Below are positions 48,201-60,200 of a DNA stretch of 64,000 bases, in pieces. Under the pieces are notes generated by a model. It saw nothing but the letters and a program-made list of their open reading frames with translations, made no database searches and was not told the DNA's origin. Source of the stretch: Thalia democratica (lineage: Eukaryota); assembly GCA_965202585.1 (NCBI GenBank), contig OZ241829.1, forward strand, positions 33,232,001 through 33,296,000. The letters run 5' to 3'. Made by a program: the position numbers and the translations under genes. Each line of letters begins with the position of its first letter. Position 1 is the stretch's first letter.

Positions 48201-51200
48201 AACAAATCATGTTATGTCCAAAAACCTACATTATTTTCTTTACCATTTAAAAAAAAAATGTTTTCACTGTAGACTTTAAATAGTCTGACATTATGATTGT
48301 TTTTTATTACGTTAAGATTAGAATGAAAATGTTTGAAAATGATTGTTTAAAACTGTAGGAGAAATTGTATGTTTTATTAAAAATCTTTTCACAGATTGCG
48401 AATATATGAAAGTGATTAATGCCAAAACATATATAAAAGGCGAAAGTGAAATCATTACTCGTTCTGTACCTTACAAAACCGAATTGACTTACATTTGCAA
48501 CAGTGGTTACAGTCCTACCGATGCTCAAGAGGTCAATTGTGGCAATGATGGTAATATTGACATTTCTGGCGTTAGATGCTACCCAGGTACATTTTAACTT
48601 TTTGATTGTTTTGGTATTTTATTAAAACAAGTGTGGAATAGATAAGTATTTCACTGAAGTATTACTATTTTTAGTTATAACTTTTAAATAAGTTAATTTT
48701 AACTTTTTATTGTTAATGGTTAAAATTTAACTAAATTAAATTCTTTCTAAAAACATCTCTTTCATGTTTTTACAACTAAAACTTACTTTGTCCTTAATTT
48801 TCAATAACTTGTTTCATATTTTTAGGAAATGTAGTATGCACTATTTGCAAAACTCTTTCAATTATATATGACATAAGTACAAAATATAAACTTTTCGTTT
48901 ATATATTCTTAAGATTAAAGATAATTTCATGGAAATTAAGAAAAAAATACATTACCATTGCTTTTTATTAGGTTAGAAATAGACTTATAATATTCAAAAA
49001 TGTTTTTTTTTTAATTTAGCAGAAGATCTATTTAAAAAAAGTGACTTTGTTAACCGTTGTCAGTTAGTTTTACATAATAAAACCTGATGAACTCTATAAT
49101 TTGAAACTTTACATCTCAAAAAGTAGTTTGAGATTTACTCGAAGTTTTAACCTTCGATCCTTATGGTTCAATTAATTTAAAATGATCTTCTATCATTAGT
49201 ATTGTTTAGATAAAAAAGTACAAATAAAAAACCACAACATTTAACTTCGCTTTGAATTAAAAATAAATATATAAAATTTGCTATCTAGATTGTCCAAAAG
49301 ATTCCTTTACTCTTCTAAATGGAAATGCTTCAAAAACTCAACAACATAGCGCTTGGAATCAGACATCTATTTACAAATGTAGTGACAAGTATACACTTGA
49401 TCCAGCAGATAACAACAAGAGAGATTGTGTTGAGAACGGCTTGTGGGTAGGAGATGTAGGAACTTGTTATCCTGGTGAGAAAATCGATTCTAAAAAATTG
49501 TGAAATTTAACTGAATAAATCATATATATCAACACTTTTAAATTTAAGATAAAACACGTATAAGTAGAAAAAAGATTACATGTTTTGTGAATATACAAAG
49601 TTTTATTTACAAATAATGCCCATTTTGTGCAATAATGTATTAGAAACAAATCATGTTATGTCCAAAAACCTACATTATTTTCTTTACCATTTAAAAAAAA
49701 AATGTTTTCACTGTAGACTTTAAATAGTCTGACATTATGATTGTTTTTTATTACGTTAAGATTAGAATGAAAATGTTTGAAAATGATTGTTTAAAACTGT
49801 AGGAGAAATTGTATGTTTTATTAAAAATCTTTTCACAGATTGCGAATATATGAAAGTGATTAATGCCAAAACATATATAAAAGGCGAAAGTGAAATCATT
49901 ACTCGTTCTGTACCTTACAAAACCGAATTGACTTACATTTGCAACAGTGGTTACAGTCCTACCGATGCTCAAGAGGTCAATTGTGGCAATGATGGTAATA
50001 TTGACATTTCTGGCGTTAGATGCTACCCAGGTACATTTTAACTTTTTGATTGTTTTGGTATTTTATTAAAACAAGTGTGGAATAGATAAGTATTTCACTG
50101 AAGTATTACTATTTTTAGTTATAACTTTTAAATAAGTTAATTTTAACTTTTTATTGTTAATGGTTAAAATTTAACTAAATTAAATTCTTTCTAAAAACAT
50201 CTCTTTCATGTTTTTACAACTAAAACTTACTTTGTCCTTAATTTTCAATAACTTGTTTCATATTTTTAGGAAATGTAGTATGCACTATTTGCAAAACTCT
50301 TTCAATTATATATGACATAAGTACAAAATATAAACTTTTCGTTTATATATTCTTAAGATTAAAGATAATTTCATGGAAATTAAGAAAAAAATACATTACC
50401 ATTGCTTTTTATTAGGTTAGAAATAGACTTATAATATTCAAAAATGTTTTTTTTTTAATTTAGCAGAAGATCTATTTAAAAAAAGTGACTTTGTTAACCG
50501 TTGTCAGTTAGTTTTACATAATAAAACCTGATGAACTCTATAATTTGAAACTTTACATCTCAAAAAGTAGTTTGAGATTTACTCGAAGTTTTAACCTTCG
50601 ATCCTTATGGTTCAATTAATTTAAAATGATCTTCTATCATTAGTATTGTTTAGATAAAAAAGTACAAATAAAAAACCACAACATTTAACTTCGCTTTGAA
50701 TTAAAAATAAATATATAAAATTTGCTATCTAGATTGTCCAAAAGATTCCTTTACTCTTCTAAATGGAAATGCTTCAAAAACTCAACAACATAGCGCTTGG
50801 AATCAGACATCTATTTACAAATGTAGTGACAAGTATACACTTGATCCAGCAGATAACAACAAGAGAGATTGTGTTGAGAACGGCTTGTGGGTAGGAGATG
50901 TAGGAACTTGTTATCCTGGTGAGAAAATCGATTCTAAAAAATTGTGAAATTTAACTGAATAAATCATATATATCAACACTTTTAAATTTAAGATAAAACA
51001 CGTATAAGTAGAAAAAAGATTACATGTTTTGTGAATATACAAAGTTTTATTTACAAATAATGCCCATTTTGTGCAATAATGTATTAGAAACAAATCATGT
51101 TATGTCCAAAAACCTACATTATTTTCTTTACCATTTAAAAAAAAAATGTTTTCACTGTAGACTTTAAATAGTCTGACATTATGATTGTTTTTTATTACGT

Positions 51201-54200
51201 TAAGATTAGAATGAAAATGTTTGAAAATGATTGTTTAAAACTGTAGGAGAAATTGTATGTTTTATTAAAAATCTTTTCACAGATTGCGAATATATGAAAG
51301 TGATTAATGCTAAAACATATATAAAAGGCGAAAGTGAAATCATTACTCGTTCTGTACCTTACAAAACCGAATTGACTTACATTTGCAACAGTGGTTACAG
51401 TCCTACCGATGCTCAAGAGGTCAATTGTGGCAATGATGGTAATATTGACATTTCTGGCGTTAGATGCTACCCAGGTACATTTTAACTTTTTGATTGTTTT
51501 GGTATTTTATTAAAACAAGTGTGGAATAGATAAGTATTTCACTGAAGTATTACTATTTTTAGTTATAACTTTTAAATAAGTTAATTTTAACTTTTTATTG
51601 TTAATGTTTAAAATTTAACTAAATTAAATTCTTTCTAAAAACATCTCCTTCATGTTTTTACAACTAAAACTTATTTTGTCCTTAATTTTTAATATATTTT
51701 TTCATATATTTAGGAAATGTACTATGCACTATTTGCAAAACTCTTTCAATTATATATGACATAAGTACAAAATACAAACGTTTCGTTTATATATTCTTAA
51801 GATTAAAGATAATTTCATGGAAAATAAGAAAAAAATACATTACCATTGCTTTTTATTAGGTTAGAAATAGACTTATAATATTCAAAAACGTTTTTTTTAT
51901 ATTTAGCAGAAGATCTATTTAAAAAAAGTGACTTTGTTAACCGTTGTCAGTTAGTTTTACATAATAAAACCTGATGAACTCTATAATTTGAAACTTTACA
52001 TCTCAAAAAGTAGTTTGAGATTTACTCGAAGTTTTAACCTTCGATCCTTATGGTTCAATTAATTTAAAATGATCTTCTATCATTAGTATTGTTTAGATAA
52101 AAAAGTACAAATAACAAACCACAACATTTAACTTCGCTTTGAATTAAAAATAAATATATAAAATTTGCTATCTAGATTGTCCAAAAGATTCCTTTACTCT
52201 TCTAAATGGAAATGCTTCAAAAACTCAACAACATAGCGCTTGGAATCAGACATCTATTTACAAATGTAGTGACAAGTATACACTTGATCCAGCAGATAAC
52301 AACAAGAGAGATTGTGTTGAGAACGGCTTGTGGGTAGGAGATGTAGGAACTTGTTATCCTGGTGAGAAAATCGATTCTAAAAAATTGTGAAATTTAACTG
52401 AATAAACCATATATATCAACACTTTTAAATTTAAGATAAAACACGTATAAGTAGAAAAAAGATTACATGTTTTGTGAATATACAAAGTTTTATTTACAAA
52501 TAATGCCCATTTTGTGCAATAATGTATTAGAAACAAATCATGTTATGTCCAAAAACCTACATTATTTTCTTTACCATTTAAAAAAAAATGTTTTCACTGT
52601 AGACTTTAAATAGTCTGACATTATGATTGTTTTTTATTACGTTAAGATTAGAATGAAAATGTTTGAAAATGATTGTTTAAAACTGTAGGAGAAATTGTAT
52701 GTTTTATTAAAAATCTTTTCACAGATTGCGAATATATGAAAGTGATTAATGCCAAAACATATATAAAAGGCGAAAGTGAAATCATTACTCGTTCTGTACC
52801 TTACAAAACCGAATTGACTTACATTTGCAACAGTGGTTACAGTCCTACCGATGCTCAAGAGGTCAATTGTGGCAATGATGGTAATATTGACATTTCTGGC
52901 GTTAGATGCTACCCAGGTACATTTTAACTTTTTGATTGTTTTGGTATTTTATTAAAACAAGTGTGGAATAGATAAGTATTTCACTGAAGTATTACTATTT
53001 TTAGTTATAACTTTTAAATAAGTTAATTTTAACTTTTTATTGTTAATGGTTAAAATTTAACTAAATTAAATTCTTTCTAAAAAGATCTCCTTCATGTTTT
53101 TACAACTAAAACTTATTTTGTCCTTAATTTTTAATATATTTTTTCATATATTTAGGAAATGTACTATGCACTATTTGCAAAACTCTTTCAATTATATATG
53201 ACATAAGTACAAAATACAAACGTTTCGTTTATATATTCTTAAGATTAAAGATAATTTCATGGAAAATAAGAAAAAAATACATTACCATTGCTTTTTATTA
53301 GGTTAGAAATAGACTTATAATATTCAAAAACGTTTTTTTTATATTTAGCAGAAGATCTATTTAAAAAAAGTGACTTTGTTAACCGTTGTCAGTTAGTTTT
53401 ACATAATAAAACCTGATGAACTCTATAATTTGAAACTTTACATCTCAAAAAGTAGTTTGAGATTTACTCGAAGTTTTAACCTTCGATCCTTATGGTTCAA
53501 TTAATTTAAAATGATCTTCTATCATTAGTATTGTTTAGATAAAAAAGTACAAATAACAAACCACAACATTTAACTTCGCTTTGAATTAAAAATAAATATA
53601 TAAAATTTGCTATCTAGATTGTCCAAAAGATTCCTTTACTCTTCTAAATGGAAATGCTTCAAAAACTCAACAACATAGCGCTTGGAATCAGACATCTATT
53701 TACAAATGTAGTGACAAGTATACACTTGATCCAGCAGATAACAACAAGAGAGATTGTGTTGAGAACGGCTTGTGGGTAGGAGATGTAGGAACTTGTTATC
53801 CTGGTGAGAAAATCGATTCTAAAAAATTGTGAAATTTAACTGAATAAATCATATATATCAACACTTTTAAATTTAAGATAAAACACGTATAAGTAGAAAA
53901 AAGATTACATGTTTTGTGAATATACAAAGTTTTATTTACAAATAATGCCCATTTTGTGCAATAATGTATTAGAAACAAATCATGTTATGTCCAAAAACCT
54001 ACATTATTTTCTTTACCATTTAAAAAAAAAATGTTTTCACTGTAGACTTTAAATAGTCTGACATTATGATTGTTTTTTATTACGTTAAGATTAGAATGAA
54101 AATGTTTGAAAATGATTGTTTAAAACTGTAGGAGAAATTGTATGTTTTATTAAAAATCTTTTCACAGATTGCGAATATATGAAAGTGATTAATGCCAAAA

Positions 54201-57200
54201 CATATATAAAAGGCGAAAGTGAAATCATTACTCGTTCTGTACCTTACAAAACCGAATTGACTTACATTTGCAACAGTGGTTACAGTCCTACCGATGCTCA
54301 AGAGGTCAATTGTGGCAATGATGGTAATATTGACATTTCTGGCGTTAGATGCTACCCAGGTACATTTTAACTTTTTGATTGTTTTGGTATTTTATTAAAA
54401 CAAGTGTGGAATAGATAAGTATTTCACTGAAGTATTACTATTTTTAGTTATAACTTTTAAATAAGTTAATTTTAACTTTTTATTGTTAATGGTTAAAATT
54501 TAACTAAATTAAATTCTTTCTAAAAACATCTCTTTCATGTTTTTACAACTAAAACTTACTTTGTCCTTAATTTTCAATAACTTGTTTCATATTTTTAGGA
54601 AATGTAGTATGCACTATTTGCAAAACTCTTTCAATTATATATGACATAAGTACAAAATATAAACTTTTCGTTTATATATTCTTAAGATTAAAGATAATTT
54701 CATGGAAATTAAGAAAAAAATACATTACCATTGCTTTTTATTAGGTTAGAAATAGACTTATAATATTCAAAAATGTTTTTTTTTTAATTTAGCAGAAGAT
54801 CTATTTAAAAAAAGTGACTTTGTTAACCGTTGTCAGTTAGTTTTACATAATAAAACCTGATGAACTCTATAATTTGAAACTTTACATCTCAAAAAGTAGT
54901 TTGAGATTTACTCGAAGTTTTAACCTTCGATCCTTATGGTTCAATTAATTTAAAATGATCTTCTATCATTAGTATTGTTTAGATAAAAAAGTACAAATAA
55001 AAAACCACAACATTTAACTTCGCTTTGAATTAAAAATAAATATATAAAATTTGCTATCTAGATTGTCCAAAAGATTCCTTTACTCTTCTAAATGGAAATG
55101 CTTCAAAAACTCAACAACATAGCGCTTGGAATCAGACATCTATTTACAAATGTAGTGACAAGTATACACTTGATCCAGCAGATAACAACAAGAGAGATTG
55201 TGTTGAGAACGGCTTGTGGGTAGGAGATGTAGGAACTTGTTATCCTGGTGAGAAAATCGATTCTAAAAAATTGTCAAATTTAACTGAATAAATCATATAT
55301 ATCAACACTTTTAAATTTAAGATAAAACACGTATAAGTAGAAAAATGATTACATGTTTTGTGAATATACAAAGTTTTATTTACAAATAATGCCCATTTTG
55401 TGCAATAATGTATTAGAAACAAATCATGTTATGTCCAAAAACCTACATTATTTTCTTTACCATTTAAAAAAAAAATGTTTTCACTGTAGACTTTAAATAG
55501 TCTGACATTATGATTGTTTTTTATTACGTTAAGATTAGAATGAAAATGTTTGAAAATGATTGTTTAAAACTGTAGGAGAAATTGTATGTTTTATTAAAAA
55601 TCTTTTCACAGATTGCGAATATATGAAAGTGATTAATGCCAAAACATATATAAAAGGCGAAAGTGAAATCATTACTCGTTCTGTACCTTACAAAACCGAA
55701 TTGACTTACATTTGCAACAGTGGTTACAGTCCTACCGATGCTCAAGAGGTCAATTGTGGCAATGATGGTAATATTGACATTTCTGGCGTTAGATGCTACC
55801 CAGGTACATTTTAACTTTTTGATTGTTTTGGTATTTTATTAAAACAAGTGTGGAATAGATAAGTATTTCACTGAAGTATTACTATTTTTAGTTATAACTT
55901 TTAAATAAGTTAATTTTAACTTTTTATTGTTAATGGTTAAAATTTAACTAAATTAAATTCTTTCTAAAAACATCTCTTTCATGTTTTTACAACTAAAACT
56001 TACTTTGTCCTTAATTTTCAATAACTTGTTTCATATTTTTAGGAAATGTAGTATGCACTATTTGCAAAACTCTTTCAATTATATATGACATAAGTACAAA
56101 ATATAAACTTTTCGTTTATATATTCTTAAGATTAAAGATAATTTCATGGAAATTAAGAAAAAAATACATTACCATTGCTTTTTATTAGGTTAGAAATAGA
56201 CTTATAATATTCAAAAATGTTTTTTTTTTAATTTAGCAGAAGATCTATTTAAAAAAAGTGACTTTGTTAACCGTTGTCAGTTAGTTTTACATAATAAAAC
56301 CTGATGAACTCTATAATTTGAAACTTTACATCTCAAAAAGTAGTTTGAGATTTACTCGAAGTTTTAACCTTCGATCCTTATGGTTCAATTAATTTAAAAT
56401 GATCTTCTATCATTAGTATTGTTTAGATAAAAAAGTACAAATAACAAACCACAACATTTAACTTCGCTTTGAATTAAAAATAAATATATAAAATTTGCTA
56501 TCTAGATTGTCCAAAAGATTCCTTTACTCTTCTAAATGGAAATGCTTCAAAAACTCAACAACATAGCGCTTGGAATCAGACATCTATTTACAAATGTAGT
56601 GACAAGTATACACTTGATCCAGCAGATAACAACAAGAGAGATTGTGTTGAGAACGGCTTGTGGGTAGGAGATGTAGGAACTTGTTATCCTGGTGAGAAAA
56701 TCGATTCTAAAAAATTGTGAAATTTAACTGAATAAATCATATATATCAACACTTTTAAATTTAAGATAAAACACGTATAAGTAGAAAAAAGATTACATGT
56801 TTTGTGAATATACAAAGTTTTATTTACAAATAATGCCCATTTTGTGCAATAATGTATTAGAAACAAATCATGTTATGTCCAAAAACCTACATTATTTTCT
56901 TTACCATTTAAAAAAAAAATGTTTTCACTGTAGACTTTAAATAGTCTGACATTATGATTGTTTTTTATTACGTTAAGATTAGAATGAAAATGTTTGAAAA
57001 TGATTGTTTAAAACTGTAGGAGAAATTGTATGTTTTATTAAAAATCTTTTCACAGATTGCGAATATATGAAAGTGATTAATGCCAAAACATATATAAAAG
57101 GCGAAAGTGAAATCATTACTCGTTCTGTACCTTACAAAACCGAATTGACTTACATTTGCAACAGTGGTTACAGTCCTACCGATGCTCAAGAGGTCAATTG

Positions 57201-60200
57201 TGGCAATGATGGTAATATTGACATTTCTGGCGTTAGATGCTACCCAGGTACATTTTAACTTTTTGATTGTTTTGGTATTTTATTAAAACAAGTGTGGAAT
57301 AGATAAGTATTTCACTGAAGTATTACTATTTTTAGTTATAACTTTTAAATAAGTTAATTTTAACTTTTTATTGTTAATGTTTAAAATTTAACTAAATTAA
57401 ATTCTTTCTAAAAACATCTCCTTCATGTTTTTACAACTAAAACTTATTTTGTCCTTAATTTTTAATATATTTTTTCATATATTTAGGAAATGTACTATGC
57501 ACTATTTGCAAAACTCTTTCAATTATATATGACATAAGTACAAAATACAAACGTTTCGTTTATATATTCTTAAGATTAAAGATAATTTCATGGAAAATAA
57601 GAAAAAAATACATTACCATTGCTTTTTATTAGGTTAGAAATAGACTTATAATATTCAAAAACGTTTTTTTTATATTTAGCAGAAGATCTATTTAAAAAAA
57701 GTGACTTTGTTAACCGTTGTCAGTTAGTTTTACATAATAAAACCTGATGAACTCTATAATTTGAAACTTTACATCTCAAAAAGTAGTTTGAGATTTACTC
57801 GAAGTTTTAACCTTCGATCCTTATGGTTCAATTAATTTAAAATGATCTTCTATCATTAGTATTGTTTAGATAAAAAAGTACAAATAACAAACCACAACAT
57901 TTAACTTCGCTTTGAATTAAAAATAAATATATAAAATTTGCTATCTAGATTGTCCAAAAGATTCCTTTACTCTTCTAAATGGAAATGCTTCAAAAACTCA
58001 ACAACATAGCGCTTGGAATCAGACATCTATTTACAAATGTAGTGACAAGTATACACTTGATCCAGCAGATAACAACAAGAGAGATTGTGTTGAGAACGGC
58101 TTGTGGGTAGGAGATGTAGGAACTTGTTATCCTGGTGAGAAAATCGATTCTAAAAAATTGTGAAATTTAACTGAATAAATCATATATATCAACACTTTTA
58201 AATTTAAGATAAAACACGTATAAGTAGAAAAAAGATTACATGTTTTGTGAATATACAAAGTTTTATTTACAAATAATGCCCATTTTGTGCAATAATGTAT
58301 TAGAAACAAATCATGTTATGTCCAAAAACCTACATTATTTTCTTTACCATTTAAAAAAAAAATGTTTTCACTGTAGACTTTAAATAGTCTGACATTATGA
58401 TTGTTTTTTATTACGTTAAGATTAGAATGAAAATGTTTGAAAATGATTGTTTAAAACTGTAGGAGAAATTGTATGTTTTATTAAAAATCTTTTCACAGAT
58501 TGCGAATATATGAAAGTGATTAATGCCAAAACATATATAAAAGGCGAAAGTGAAATCATTACTCGTTCTGTACCTTACAAAACCGAATTGACTTACATTT
58601 GCAACAGTGGTTACAGTCCTACCGATGCTCAAGAGGTCAATTGTGGCAATGATGGTAATATTGACATTTCTGGCGTTAGATGCTACCCAGGTACATTTTA
58701 ACTTTTTGATTGTTTTGGTATTTTATTAAAACAAGTGTGGAATAGATAAGTATTTCACTGAAGTATTACTATTTTTAGTTATAACTTTTAAATAAGTTAA
58801 TTTTAACTTTTTATTGTTAATGTTTAAAATTTAACTAAATTAAATTCTTTCTAAAAACATCTCCTTCATGTTTTTACAACTAAAACTTATTTTGTCCTTA
58901 ATTTTTAATATATTTTTTCATATATTTAGGAAATGTACTATGCACTATTTGCAAAACTCTTTCAATTATATATGACATAAGTACAAAATACAAACGTTTC
59001 GTTTATATATTCTTAAGATTAAAGATAATTTCATGGAAAATAAGAAAAAAATACATTACCATTGCTTTTTATTAGGTTAGAAATAGACTTATAATATTCA
59101 AAAACTTTTTTTTTATATTTAGCAGAAGATCTATTTAAAAAAAGTGACTTTGTTAACCGTTGTCAGTTAGTTTTACATAATAAAACCTGATGAACTCTAT
59201 AATTTGAAACTTTACATCTCAAAAAGTAGTTTGAGATTTACTCGAAGTTTTAACCTTCGATCCTTATGGTTCAATTAATTTAAAATGATCTTCTATCATT
59301 AGTATTGTTTAGATAAAAAAGTACAAATAACAAACCACAACATTTAACTTCGCTTTGAATTAAAAATAAATATATAAAATTTGCTATCTAGATTGTCCAA
59401 AAGATTCCTTTACTCTTCTAAATGGAAATGCTTCAAAAACTCAACAACATAGCGCTTGGAATCAGACATCTATTTACAAATGTAGTGACAAGTATACACT
59501 TGATCCAGCAGATAACAACAAGAGAGATTGTGTTGAGAACGGCTTGTGGGTAGGAGATGTAGGAACTTGTTATCCTGGTGAGAAAATCGATTCTAAAAAA
59601 TTGTGAAATTTAACTGAATAAACCATATATATCAACACTTTTAAATTTAAGATAAAACACGTATAAGTAGAAAAAAGATTACATGTTTTGTGAATATACA
59701 AAGTTTTATTTACAAATAATGCCCATTTTGTGCAATAATGTATTAGAAACAAATCATGTTATGTCCAAAAACCTACATTATTTTCTTTACCATTTAAAAA
59801 AAAATGTTTTCACTGTAGACTTTAAATAGTCTGACATTATGATTGTTTTTTATTACGTTAAGATTAGAATGAAAATGTTTGAAAATGATTGTTTAAAACT
59901 GTAGGAGAAATTGTATGTTTTATTAAAAATCTTTTCACAGATTGCGAATATATGAAAGTGATTAATGCCAAAACATATATAAAAGGCGAAAGTGAAATCA
60001 TTACTCGTTCTGTACCTTACAAAACCGAATTGACTTACATTTGCAACAGTGGTTACAGTCCTACCGATGCTCAAGAGGTCAATTGTGGCAATGATGGTAA
60101 TATTGACATTTCTGGCGTTAGATGCTACCCAGGTACATTTTAACTTTTTGATTGTTTTGGTATTTTATTAAAACAAGTGTGGAATAGATAAGTATTTCAC